Shown: positions 13,088 through 26,074, counted from the first letter of the stretch. The stretch is DNA of 64,000 nt from Dictyostelium discoideum (GCA_000004695.1 CM000150.2:2208001-2272000); one strand, 5' to 3'. Notes: generated from the sequence alone by a model not told the origin. Translations and numbers: made by a program.

Positions 13088-14833
13088 ATGAAATATATTT
13101 CTTTTTTTGTTACTTTAATATTAATTTCAATTTTAAATAATTTTGTTTTATCATCAGGTACAACAGTTAGTGAAGTTACATTAATAGTAAATTTAAATAA
13201 TAATAATAATTATCCAGAGAATGGAACTTGTGGTAGTACTCAATTAACATGTAATAATATAAATGATGCATTTAATTATTTTAATACAATTGCAGTTAAT
13301 GTTAATACAAGTTCACAAATCATTTATCAACAATTAAACCTTTTATTAGATGATGGTACTTATTCCATTGGAACAACAACAATTAATTTATATCAATATA
13401 ATATAACAATTTCACCATTAAATTCAGGTTCAAATAAAGTAATAATTAATAATAATAATAATTCACCAATGTTTTCTGTAATACCATTTAATAGTACTGA
13501 TGATAGTATTTGGCAAAATTCATATATTTTAATTACTGGAATTCAATTTTTAAATTTTAAACAATCAATTATTAAAGTTTCCACCATTTATTCATTTACT
13601 GATATTAAATTTCAATCATGTATTATTAATCAATATAATTCAAAAAGTTCAATTATTGAAATTAATCTATCATTTCAAGGAAGTTTACAAATTCCAAATA
13701 GTCATTTAAAAATTAATAATTCTCAAATTTCAAATATTCAAACTGATAATAATACACCATTGATTTTTGCCATTAATACTATTATTGATTTTAATCAAAA
13801 TTCAATTACAAATGCAACTGGTATTCATAGTTTTATTTCAACATCATATGGTGAATATTTAAATGTAGATTTTTCAGATTTTACAAATGTAAATAGTTCA
13901 TATGGTATTTTTGAAGTTACAAATACACATGCTTCAATTGGTGATGGTAATTACAATAATATCCAAGCAACAAGAGGTGCATCGGTTTTAACATTTACAA
14001 AAAGTGTAACTCAAGTATACTCTGCTGCTATTGCTCGTTGTAATTTCAATGGTTATAGTGGTACTAATGGTGGTGTTTTCCAAGGTTTAAATACATTAAC
14101 AAGTTTAGAAACTATTAGTTCAAGTATTTCTCAATGTACTTTTTCAAGTGGTAGTTCAAATAGTGGTGGTGCAATTTATTCAAACAATATACCACTTTCA
14201 ATTGTAAATTGTGATTTTGGTAATAATAGTGCAAGTCTTACTGGTGGATATATTTATATAAGTGGTAATTCATTATCTTTAGTAAATGTATCAATCACCA
14301 AAGCACCACTTCCTATTACTACCACTACCAATACAATAGTTGGCGATGGAATTGGTGGTTATGCTCTTTATGCTTTAAATTCAACTGTTAATATTAATAA
14401 TGGTACTTTTGGTGGTAAACTTGATTCAATCTTTTGCAATGGTTCAACAATTAATGCTGATCAATACACTACATTACAATCAGTTTATTGTAGCAATTGT
14501 AATGTAGAAGTAAGTAATAGACAAGTTTGTAATTTTGGTGGTGATTCAACTTCAACCTCAACTTCAAATTCAGGTACTGGTACTGGTACTGGCACAGGAG
14601 GAGGTATTAGCATTAGTAGTAGCAGTGGTGGTGCTAGTCAAACTCTAACTATCACCTCAACAAGTTCAACTCCTCAAACTTCTGCTTTAACTTCCAGCTC
14701 AAGCTCAGGTTCTGTTCATACTACTGTATCAACAATAACTACGACAGGTTTTACAAGCCAATCAAACCAATTTTCACCTTCTTTTTCAATTTTTATTTTT
14801 ATTTTATTACTTTTAATTTTATCGGTTCAATAA
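13088..14833 (+). CDS. Secreted, probably GPI-anchored, protein with Pmp-type (GGAI/FxxN) parallel beta-helix repeats; 581 aa; paralog A
   Basis: Single ORF with a true ATG. It has an N-terminal signal peptide (MKYISFFVTLILISILNNFVLSSG), repeated GGAIY/GGVFQG/GGYIYISGNS beta-helix-like motifs, a Ser/Thr-rich stalk, and a C-terminal hydrophobic tail (FSIFIFILLLLILSVQ). It is the tandem paralog of 15009..16754. Confidence 0.75.
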   Translation: MKYISFFVTLILISILNNFVLSSGTTVSEVTLIVNLNNNNNYPENGTCGSTQLTCNNINDAFNYFNTIAVNVNTSSQIIYQQLNLLLDDGTYSIGTTTINLYQYNITISPLNSGSNKVIINNNNNSPMFSVIPFNSTDDSIWQNSYILITGIQFLNFKQSIIKVSTIYSFTDIKFQSCIINQYNSKSSIIEINLSFQGSLQIPNSHLKINNSQISNIQTDNNTPLIFAINTIIDFNQNSITNATGIHSFISTSYGEYLNVDFSDFTNVNSSYGIFEVTNTHASIGDGNYNNIQATRGASVLTFTKSVTQVYSAAIARCNFNGYSGTNGGVFQGLNTLTSLETISSSISQCTFSSGSSNSGGAIYSNNIPLSIVNCDFGNNSASLTGGYIYISGNSLSLVNVSITKAPLPITTTTNTIVGDGIGGYALYALNSTVNINNGTFGGKLDSIFCNGSTINADQYTTLQSVYCSNCNVEVSNRQVCNFGGDSTSTSTSNSGTGTGTGTGGGISISSSSGGASQTLTITSTSSTPQTSALTSSSSSGSVHTTVSTITTTGFTSQSNQFSPSFSIFIFILLLLILSVQ

Positions 14834-15008
14834 AAAAAAAAAAAAAAAAAAATAAAATTTTTTTTGTGAAAAATCAAGTACCTATAAAATTTTTTTTGTG
14901 AAAAATAAAATACCACATTTTATCAAAAAAAAAAAATAAAAAAAAATAAAATTATGATCATTTTTTAAAGCAAAATTAAAATAAAAATATAAATAATAAA
15001 TTTTAAAA

Positions 15009-16754
15009 ATGAAATTTATTTCTTTTTTTATTACTTTAATTTTAATTTCAATTTTAAATAATTTTGTTTTATCATCAGGTACAACAGTTAGTGATGTTAC
15101 ATTAATAGTAAATTTAAATAATAATAATAGTTATCCAGTTAATGGGTCATGTGGTAGTAGTACTCAATTAACATGTAATAATATAAATGATGCAATTAAT
15201 TATTTTAATACTATTGCAGTAAATGTTAATAGAAGTTCATCACAAATCATTTATCAACAATTGAATCTTTTATTAGATGATGGTAATTATTCAACAACAG
15301 CAACAACAACAACAATTAATTTATATCAATTTAATATAACAATTTCACCATTAAATCCAAGTTCAAATAAAGTTATAATTAATGGTTTAAATTCAAATTC
15401 ATCAATGTTTTCTGTAACTCCATTTAATGGTATTGTAGATAGTAAGGGGCAAAATTCATATATTTTAATCACTGGAATTCAATTTTTAAATTTTAAACAA
15501 TCAATTATTCAAGTTTCAACCAATTATTCATTCACTGATATTAGATTTGAATCATGTATAATTGATCAATACAATTCAAATAATTCAATGATTGAAATTA
15601 ATAAATTAATTAGTCAAGATTTAATATTACCAAATAGTCATTTAAAAATTAATAATTCTCAAATTTCAAATATTCAAATTGTTAATAATGCATCATTAAT
15701 TTATGCAATTAATACAATTATTGGTATTTTTCAAACATCAGTTATCAACGCAACTAATGTTCAAAGTATTATTGAAATTTCATATGGTCAAAATTTAGAT
15801 GTTGAATATTCAGATTTCTCAAATGTGAATAGTGTTTATGGTATTTTCAATGTTTTAAATACTCAAGTCTCAATTGGTGATGGTAATTTCAATAATAACA
15901 TAGCAACAAATGGTGCATCAGTTTTAACATTTACATCAAATGTCACTAGTGTATACAATGCTGGTGTTGCTCGTTGCAATTTCAATGAGAATAGTGGTAC
16001 TGATGGTGGGGTTTTCCAAGGTGTAAATACAGATTCAAGTTTGGAAGATTACAGCTCAAGTATCACCAGTTGTACTTTTTCAGGTAGTAGTGCAAATAAT
16101 GGTGGTGCAATCTTTGTAGATAATATACCTCTTTCAATTGTTAATTGTCAATTTAGTGATGTCACTGCAAATGTTGCTGGTGCATTTGTTTATAATAGTA
16201 ATAATCATTTTGCAATGACAAATGTTACATATACTGAAAAATCATTAAATACTACAAAAACAAAAACAGCAACAACATCTGGAATTGAAGAATATGCTAT
16301 TTATATTTCAAGTTCAAGTGGTTCAATACAAAATGCTACATTTGATGATAATAGTTATTCAATTTTTTGTAATACTTCAACTGTTAAAATTGATGCAACC
16401 TCTAAGGTATCAACATTTACTTGTGCTCAGTGTAATATGGTTTTAGGTCAAAATCAAATTTGTAGTGTTGGTGGAAGTTCAGTTTCAAGCTCAACTTCTG
16501 CTTCTGGTTCAAGTTTGTCTGTAAGTAGTAGTGGTGCTCAATCATTAACTGTCACTTCAACAAGTTCAACTCCTCAAACTTCTGGTACAGGTTCAAGTTC
16601 AAGTACAAGTTCAAGTACAGGTTCAAGTACAAGTTCAAATTCTCATACTATTATTACTACCACAACAACTGGTGTATCTAATCAATTATCACCATCATTT
16701 TCAATTTTAATTTTCATTATTTTATTATCATTACTTTTAATTCAATCATTTTAA
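15009..16754 (+). CDS. Secreted, probably GPI-anchored, Pmp-repeat / beta-helix protein; 581 aa; paralog B
   Basis: Same architecture and an almost identical signal peptide (MKFISFFITLILISILNNFVLSSG). GGAIFVDN and GGVFQG repeats, a Ser/Thr-rich stalk, and a hydrophobic C-terminus (FSILIFIILLSLLLIQSF). Confidence 0.75.
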   Translation: MKFISFFITLILISILNNFVLSSGTTVSDVTLIVNLNNNNSYPVNGSCGSSTQLTCNNINDAINYFNTIAVNVNRSSSQIIYQQLNLLLDDGNYSTTATTTTINLYQFNITISPLNPSSNKVIINGLNSNSSMFSVTPFNGIVDSKGQNSYILITGIQFLNFKQSIIQVSTNYSFTDIRFESCIIDQYNSNNSMIEINKLISQDLILPNSHLKINNSQISNIQIVNNASLIYAINTIIGIFQTSVINATNVQSIIEISYGQNLDVEYSDFSNVNSVYGIFNVLNTQVSIGDGNFNNNIATNGASVLTFTSNVTSVYNAGVARCNFNENSGTDGGVFQGVNTDSSLEDYSSSITSCTFSGSSANNGGAIFVDNIPLSIVNCQFSDVTANVAGAFVYNSNNHFAMTNVTYTEKSLNTTKTKTATTSGIEEYAIYISSSSGSIQNATFDDNSYSIFCNTSTVKIDATSKVSTFTCAQCNMVLGQNQICSVGGSSVSSSTSASGSSLSVSSSGAQSLTVTSTSSTPQTSGTGSSSSTSSSTGSSTSSNSHTIITTTTTGVSNQLSPSFSILIFIILLSLLLIQSF

Positions 16755-17363
16755 CTTTTTTTTTTTTTCTTTTATCATTTTTAAAAAATAAAATTTCCAA
16801 TTCAATCAAATAATAAAGAAAATTTAAAAACTAAATAAAAATTAATTAGCATAATATTTAACCAATTTTTTATTTTTTTTTTTGTTTATTTTTGATAAGA
16901 CTTTTAAATATAAATTTTAAAAAAAAAATAATTGTGAAATTAAAACAAAATTCAAAAACAGTATAGATTAATAGGGTTGTTCGAATAATAAAAAATTTTT
17001 TTAAAAAAATTAAAAAAAAAAAAAAAAAAAAAAACCCCAAAAAATTAAAAATAAGATATTAGGGTTTTTCATGATGAAAAAACCCAATAACTTTTTTTTT
17101 TTCCAATCAATTTTTATAATATAAAAAAAAAAAAAAAACTAAAAAAATATCTTTTTTATAATAGCGCTATTATGCTTTTTTATTAAAATTAATTATTTTT
17201 TTTAATTTTTTATTACATTTTTGAAAATCAAGCAATGGCGATTTTTGGTTGGCCCCATTTCCATAAAATTTGATTTTTTTTTTTTTAATTTTTTATTACA
17301 TTTTTGGAAATCAGGCAATGGCGATTATTTTTTTTTGGTTAACCCCCTTTTTTATTTTAATCA

Positions 17364-17377
17364 CTTAAAATTTTAAG
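17364..17377. promoter_or_regulatory. 14-bp palindrome CTTAAAATTTTAAG, 107 bp upstream of the sacsin-like copy-1 ATG, inside a conserved upstream module
   Basis: Perfect palindrome. It is preceded by one or two copies of a ~30-bp motif 'CATTTTTGRAAATCARGCAATGGCGATT...GG..CCCC' (17210..17260 and 17290..17350). The same module recurs upstream of copies 2 and 3. Confidence 0.45.
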
Positions 17378-17483
17378 AGTTTAAAATAAAAAATCAAAAA
17401 TTTCTATTTTTTTTTTTTTTTAACAAAATCCTTAATTTTAATTTTAATTTTTTTTTTTTATTTTTTATTTTTAAAGAGATAAA

Positions 17484-17600
17484 ATGCCCCAAAATAAAAG
17501 TCAAACAATAAAACTATCTCATTTTTTAAGAGATAATCTTCTTAACTATCCAGTAAGTTCAAATAAATTTATTTATTTATTTATTTATTTATTTCTTTGT

Positions 17601-17643
<43 letters not shown>

Positions 17644-18060
17644 TTTTTTTTTTATCCACTTTTTACTTAATTTAATTTTTTTTTTATTTTTTTTTTTTTA
17701 TTTTTTTTCTTTAATTTTTTAATTTTTTTTTTTTCTTAATTTATTTTTTAATACTAACATGAAAAATATAATAGGAATCAAAAATATTTAGAGAATTGAT
17801 TCAAAATGCAGAAGATGCTCGAGCTGATACAGTCATAATAAAGGTTGATGAAGGCTCATATCCAAATAATGGGTTGTTAATTTCAAATGATAACCAAGAA
17901 ATTGAAAGTTCAAAAGAATTATTAGGTCCATCAATTTTAATTTATAATAATGCAACTTTTCAAGAACATGATTGGGAAGGAATTTGTCAAATTAGTCAAG
18001 GTAGTAAAAAAGAAAATTTAAAAAGTGTTGGCAATTTCGGTTTAGGTTTGTATTTTTTAT

Positions 18061-18113
<53 letters not shown>

Positions 18114-21100
18114 AAAATCTCATTCTAATTTTATTTATTTTTATTATATTGTATTATATTTTTATTTATTTTATTTTATTTTATTTATTTTTAAAATAGG
18201 TTGGAACAGTGTTTATCATATAACAGATAATCCAATTGTTTATAGTGGTAATAATGTTTGGTTCTCAGATCCAAACGAAAGAATGAGTGGTGGTTTATTC
18301 TTTGATTTAGATGACGAAGATGATTATAAGAAATGTTTTAGTTTTTTAGAGCCATTCATTCAATTTAAAGAATCAAATTGTAACCCAAAAGAATATTTTA
18401 ATGGTACAATCATTCGTCTACCATTGAGAATATTTCCAAGTGAAATCAAAAAAGGTGTATTGACAATGGATGCCATAAAGAAAATTTTAAATGAATTTTC
18501 AAAAGATATCAATGAAATATTGATTTTCTTAAAGAGTTTAGCATCAATTACCATCATTGTTAATAATCAGATAGTCAACTCTGTAAATATATCAAATTAT
18601 TCCAAAATTAAAGATCAAAGAGAAAAGGTATCTTTATTCTTAGCAAAAATTGTAGATAATGAAATGAAGGATCCAAGTAGTTCTGTAGAATTTGCTGAAA
18701 TTTTATGTAGTAAAAAATCACAATCAAATTGTGAATCTACATTTCAAATTGATTTAGAAATTTATAGAAATGGTGTCAGTCAATTAATTTCATACTTGGT
18801 TTCACAAGGTATCTATATTGATAGGAAATTAATTGAATTAGTTAAAAAGAATAAAGAAATCAAACTCATATCATATGGTGGCACTGCAATTCCAATCAAT
18901 TTAGATAGTTCAATAAAGTTCAAAGGTAAACCATTTACATTCTTACCAATTGGAGGATTGGTTTATGATATTCCTTTACATGTCAATGGTTACTTTAGAT
19001 TAAGTAATGCAAGAGATAATATCATTTATTCTCTAACTGAAGTTGAAGAAGCATCTGAATCATTATCAAAACAATGGAATATGTTTATATCAGAAACTAT
19101 TATTCCTTATTTCTATGTTAAATCGTTGCAATATTTAAAATTAAATTATGGTGGCGAACTATACAATTATTTCCCATACAAATGTAACAATCAAAATTAT
19201 CAAGGTCAAAGTCCATCATATGATATATCAATCACTACAATGAAATCAATTATCGGTGGTAAATACTTTTTAAATTACTTCAATTCCCAAGAATATTTAT
19301 CATTGAATGGTAGTTTAATTATTTCAAGTTTAGGTATGCCACCAGATTTCGTTTTAACCATATTAAATGAACGTAACATTAAAACAATCAAATTATCAAA
19401 TGAATTATTAAACCATTTTAATAATTTAAGAATTCCATTAACTTGTTATTCAAAACAATATTTATGTAGTCTATTAGTTTCGTCACCATTAAAACAATAC
19501 TCTGAAGATGTTATCAATTATATTAGTTGCACTGAAATCATTGAAGGTGGTCATTTAAATATGGTCCATATTTTACCAACAAATCCAAACAAAACTACAT
19601 TATATTATTTACAACGACCATCACTAAACCGCTTCTCATTTTATACTCATAGCTTTCTTTACACGAGTGATCAAGTCTATGATCTCTTATTCAAATATTA
19701 TGGTAATAAGTTGGCCAAACATTTAAAATTTTCTACATTACCATTAAACTTTAGACAATTAATTTCATCAATTTGTAGAAATTATATAAATATTAGAGAA
19801 ATTAAACTTTCAGATTTTATCACTAGTCTCAACTCCATCAACAACCTCCAATTTTTAAGTGATAGTATAATAACAATTTGGAATTGTATCGATGAATTAA
19901 AAAGAAAAGAAACTTTAGAATTATCTCATATCCAATCATTACAAATTATCCCATATAGATTAAGTCCAACTGAAACTGATGTCACTAGTTTTGATAAATC
20001 TTCATTGTTAATGTACAAATCAAATTTCTTACCAATTGAACCAATCTTAAACAAACTAAAAATCTATTTAATAAAAGAAGGACATCAAATCAATAGTTTA
20101 TTAGATGGAAATGCTCAAATCCCAATTTTATTAGGCTATCTTCAAAGGGTAAATTTATCATTAGACTCAAAGGAAATCGATAAATTAAGAATATTTTTAG
20201 TTGAATCAATGTTCCAAATTTCTTTATCACAAGATTATACTTCAATTTTTTATAATTTACCAATTCACCCATGCATTGGAAATAGTAACCAAAAGTTTAG
20301 TAGTATTACAACCAGTAGTTACTGTGTGGATTATGAAAAAATTGATCAATATGAAATTCCAGGATTAAAATTAATAAAGGTTAATGAATTAACAAAATAT
20401 AGAAATCTTTTCGATACAATACCAGCAAGAATCATTTTAAAAGGTGAAAAAGAAGTTTATAGATTTTATTTAATTCAAAATATTAGTTCCTTTGAATTAA
20501 ACCACTCAATTGAAATTATTAAAAACTTTTTAACTCTTTATAGTAATCATTATACCAATGATAGTGAATTAAGAAAATTACAATTTATTCCATCTGAAAA
20601 TGGTGTTTATTCAACTCCTGATTCATTTTATGTTTTAGATCCACTTGAAAAAGAATTAATTAGAAAAATCGAACCATTCAAGATTTTAAATTCATCTTTG
20701 GATGTTTTTATTGGTTATTTAAGAATATTTGGATTGGTTAATAGACCTTCAGATAGTCATATATGTTCCAAGATTTCAAGTTTACTTTCCAATCAAGATT
20801 CAATAGAAACTTATCAAACTTTTATTAATTATTTAAATCAAAGAGGTGAGAATATTACTGTTTCAATAATTAATTCTTTCAAAGATATTCCATTTATTCC
20901 ACCCAGTGAATTTGATACCTATGACGGATTTGCTCCATATAAATATAAAATTTCATTATCAGAGTGCGCATTATCAAGTTATAAAGATTGTTTATTCACT
21001 GTAAAAACTCCAATTAAAGTAATTTTCAATTACAACAACCCCATTTACAAATACCTATCATCAAATTTAAATGATAACATTATTCAGCATTTGATTAATT

Positions 21101-21853
21101 TAAATGCTATGGAATTCAATGATGAAACATCATTCAACCCCAATGAAGTTTTCGACAATACCTATAAAAGAATTGATAGTTTAATTTTTACAAATTCCAT
21201 ACTAAATGATGAACAAAAAAAGAAAATCTCTCAAATTCAATTAATTTGGTTAGATGGCCAATTAGTACCAAAAGAAAACATATTTTACAATAGTCCAAAC
21301 CCAAATTTAGATTTTGAACCTTACTTTTTTTTCACAAAACCAAAACAAGATCATCTCTTTAAATTTTTAAAATTAAAAGATAAACCAGATTTAAATGATT
21401 TCATTAGATTAATCAAATCTATTCAAGATACATACGATAAAGATAGCTCAAATTCAATAGATTTATTTGAATTGGTTATTTTCTCTCTACAAAATTCTGC
21501 ATTGAATAAAGAATTACTTCTTAATTCAAAAATAAAGTTACCAACCACTGATAATCAATTTATTGAATTTGAAAAAGTAATTTACGTTGATCATTCATGT
21601 TTACCTCAAGAATTTATTGATTTAGGACACAGTGCATTACATAATAAAATTTCTGAAAACACTGCATCAAAACTCAATATTACCAAACTTTCTCAATTGA
21701 TTCAAAGTCAGGTAGCATTTGATAATTCGTTTGGACAAAAAGAAGAATTAGTCGATCGTTTGAAACAAATTTTACATGATTATAAAGTAGAAGTATTTTT
21801 AAATGAAATGGTTCAAGTATGTATTATCTTTCAAATTAATAATTTAATTTTTA

Positions 21854-21909
<56 letters not shown>

Positions 21910-24900
21910 AAATTGCACTAATTTTTTTATTTATTTTTTTGAAATTATACTAATTTTTTTATTTTTTTTAGAATGCTCATGATGCTGGATCAACAGAAGT
22001 AAAATTAATTTTAGATTGTAATTCTTTAAAACAACAATTTTTAAAAGAAAATCCAGAGATAAGTACAGTATGCAAAGATCTTTCATCATACTTTGAAAGT
22101 TCTTTACTTTTTTATAATAATTCAGTTTTTACAGAAAAAGATATTAAAAATGTTCAAGTAATGTCAGCATCAATTAAAAAACAAGATGAAAAGTGTATTG
22201 GTCAACATGGTTTAGGTATTAATTCAATGTATTCATTCAGTGATTGTCCATGTATATTAAGTGGTGAATATTTGATGATTTTCGATCCATTCGTAACACA
22301 TATCGGTCAATCAATAAACTATTCACATGGTGCTAAATATAAAATTTCACAATACAAAACATATTTAAAATACTTTAAACCATTTCAACATTTACAATCA
22401 ATTTTAGGTTTTGATTTAGATGATGGTAAATTCAATGGAACAATCATTCGTTTACCACTTCGTAAAACATTAAATGATGATCGTTTTATTAGTCCACAGA
22501 AATGGAACGAAGTAAATGTTTTAGATTATTTAAAAAGAGTAAAAGCAAGTAATTTAGAAAATTTAATGTTTTTCACAAACATAGATTCTTTAGAGGTTTC
22601 AATATTACCAGTGGGAAGTAAAAAATTAGAACAACAAATTTCAATTCAGAAAAAATCAAGTTTATCATTAATTACAAACCAATATAATAATTTAATGAAT
22701 ATTCCAACACAAGCATCAGAATATACATTCACTATTATACCATCAGAGAAATCAAAGATAACTGAAAAATATATTATAGGTCAAGTAATTGAAGAAGATT
22801 TCAAAGATCCTTCAGAATATCCAGATAATAAAGCATTGAAATTTTTATCAATTTATAATAATGAAAAAAGAAAATCAGTTGGAGGTGTCGCATTTAAATT
22901 ACCAGATTTCTCACTTTCTGAATACAAATTCACACCAAAATCATTTTGTTATTTACCATATAAAGATTTAATTTCAAATATTCCAGTTCACATTCATGCA
23001 AACTTTTCAACAACAAGTTCACGTGATATTTTAGAAAATGCCAAATCTTCAAATTTATATAATATTGAAGAGATACTCTCTAAAAAGGTTAATCAAGTAA
23101 TACAACAATCAGATAGTTTCCAACTTTGTTGGAATCAATTAATTGTAACTGAAATTATAGCACCACTCTATATTAATACATTAACTCTTTTCAAAAACAA
23201 ATATATTAAAGGTAATGATATAGATAAAATTTCAAAATATCATAATTTCTATTACTCTCGTTTCCCAGTATTAAGTGATTCATTATCAAATCATTCAATT
23301 CTCGAAATGTTAGCAAATAAGTTTTACTCATTAGTAAATTCAGAGAATTCCGATGTATTCATCCATTACCCTGGTGTCGAAATTAAAAAGAGTCCAAAAG
23401 ATACATTTTATGCAGACTTAGGTTTCTTATCAAATCCTTATTCAGCTTCAATATTAAAGTGTATAAGTTACCTTGGTTTCAATGTTAATATTTGTCCAAC
23501 TGATATTTATTCTAGTTTTAAGTCACTACCAAACTGGTTAACAGAATATACAATATCAAATGCCTTGAAAGGAGAGAATTTAAATCCTCAAGTAATAAAT
23601 ACTCAAGATATTGCAAATATAATATTATATTTCTCAAAAATTCAATATCTAGATAACTGCCAAGTATTGATTTTCAATGATAAAACAAGGGGTTTTGTTA
23701 ATATTGAAAACAAAATAATAAACCAACTATATAACCAAACTCATTTTGAAATGACTCAAGATGTTTTAAATTTAAAATTCATTGACAGTGAACTTACCGA
23801 TATTATCAAAATGCTTATAGATCCTCTCATTTTGGATTCACTTAAAACGATTAACATCTTTGATTTCAACTATGTATGTATCCATATATCATATTATTGA
23901 TATTTTAATTTTAATATTAACATTTTTTTTTTTTTTTTTTACAAAACTAGGTTGATTTTTATTTCCACTATCTCTTACCAAATTTCGATATATTATCAGC
24001 TGAAAAAAACATTTTGTTTTTAAACAAATTATTGGAATACTTTACATTTGAAAAAAACTCTGATTATAAATCAATCAACCATCCTCTAATATCCGAAGAA
24101 AGAATAAATAAACTAAAAGGTTCAAAAGTTTTTCCTTTTGTTAAAAAGGGTGTTCAAGAGTTTTCTTTAATTTCAAAATTATCCGATCCAACATTTAAAC
24201 AATATGATTTCATATTAGATTATCCAGATTTAGAGCATTCAAAAGAAAATATCAAAATATTTAGATGTTTAGGTATTCGAGACAAATTAAAGAAAAATGA
24301 TATTGTATACCAATTCAAAAAGATTTCATCAGAAGTTTATAGTGGAAACACACCTTTGGAAACTTTAATTGAAAGAGCACGTCTATTATGGAAATCAGAA
24401 AAATGTTTAAAAGTATTTTATGAATTGTCAGAATTAAATATTGTACCAGTCAAAGAAAGTAATATCATTGGGAGTAGAAAAATATCATTAGGTTTGATGC
24501 CAATTACCAAAGTATGCCACCATCTCTATGAAGATCTTTATTTTTCAGTAAAACTACTTCAAGATGTAGATATTCCATACCCACCAGGATATAATCCAAT
24601 TGATTGTGAAAAAATATTTAAAAATTTCGTCAATCTTCTTACAAACATCAGAGATTGGAAATTGATTCAAGTAAATGGTGATTTAGTAATAGACCCCAAA
24701 ATCATACAAATGTTAATATCAATGTGTGGTCATTTAGAAAACTATACTGGTAATTTCTCATCAGAACTTGTAGAAAGAATTCAAAGTATCCCAGTATTAA
24801 ACTCTACAACATCTATTGAATTTACAAATATAGTCATGGGAACTAATGCAAATTGTTTGAGACCATTTTTCAATATTTTACCTCCAAACTTTTCAACTTT

Positions 24901-26074
24901 TAGACATTTTTTCAGTAAAATTGGTGTAATAGAATTAAATGTAAACACGATTGTAATGGGATTAAATAGATTTTTAGATGATGAGATTAATACTATCGAA
25001 GGAATTGGATCGTTAAGCTATCTTTATGGATTATTATTTAGTTTTGGTAGTGAATTGGAAACATTTAAAAATGAACACTCATCATTACCAGTTTTCACTA
25101 AAAAAGGATTTATAAAACCATCGAATCAAGTTTATTCGTTCGATGGTGTACCCATTAAAAGAATTAATACTGAATCATTTTATGAAATCCATGATTCAAT
25201 TAAAGATAATTATGAACAATTGGGTGTTTTAGAATTATCTTCAGTATTAAGAGAAGAACTAGACAATGATCTCACCAACCTTGAAAATGAAGATTTGGAG
25301 GATTCAATTGGAAAGTATTTGAATACCCTTATCAAAGAAAATCAAGAATTTATTTCAAGAGTTAATCATCTACAGTTAAGCAGAATCTTGAATATTACAG
25401 TTAAATCAGGAGACATTAGAACCACATTCATTTTAAATGAACAAAATATCACTAAATACTCAAAAACCAAATGTTATTATGATCAATCAAATTCAACTCT
25501 TTATTTAGAGAAAGAAATTACTAAAAATGAAGCATTCAATTACCTATTTAATTCCACTGGTTTGAATGTAACCTCTTCAATTGTATTAAATCTAGAAAGA
25601 GAGTTTGTAAATGATGAACCAACTGTCGATCCAGTTGATAATTTCTTGGCTCAAACTAATCAAAATGTGGTTGTTAATTTAGTTGATGACAACCATTCAG
25701 CTTTAATCCGAAAAAATCTTTGTAGACACTACAACACCATTGCACTAAGAAATCGTGAAGCTGCTGAAACTTTATTCGACAACCAATCGTTAATCAGACA
25801 ATCTATATACTTTTACTATATTTCAACAGATATGCTACTAAGAAGTCTTTTGGTTTTTTATTATGATAATAATGTTCCAGGTTCTCTTTCAATTACTCGT
25901 ATGAGAGATTTATTATCCAGAAACTCAACCACAACCATACCACACATTCCAGATCGTTTTAACAAATTCGAAGAGGCACACTTGAAAAACTCAAATATAA
26001 ATCGTAATGATCTAGTTGAATTTCGTTCAATTACTTCTCAACTATTAAACATTTCTAATCAAATGATGAATTAG
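17484..26074 (+). CDS. Sacsin-like giant protein, copy 1 (~2660 aa, 5 exons) with two GHKL/Bergerat-type ATPase sacsin-repeat-region modules
   Basis: Exons: 17484..17552, 17775..18045, 18200..21816, 21972..23873, 23951..26074. Donors GTAAGT, GTTTGT, GTATGT, GTATGT; all phases check. The N-terminus (LSHFLRDNLLNYP|ESKIFRELIQNAEDA...GNFGLG|WNSVYHITDNP...FDLDD...GTIIRLPLR) is collinear with the vertebrate sacsin SRR ([25 protein letters not shown]...GKFGLGFNSVYHITD...GTLFRLSFR). A second module starts at exon 4 (VQ|NAHDAGSTEVKLILD...IGQHGLGINSMYSFSDCP...MIFDPF...GTIIRLPLR). Confidence 0.8.

Noticed and set aside
18360-18557. Antisense ORFs conserved in all three sacsin units (18360..18557, 27924..28142, 36865..37062; also 20090..20272, 29286..29504, 29654..29836, 38245..38505)
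   Set aside because: They are opposite-strand shadows of highly conserved coding exons. Their conservation follows automatically from the sense-strand constraint, and they have no start context, signal peptide or motif.
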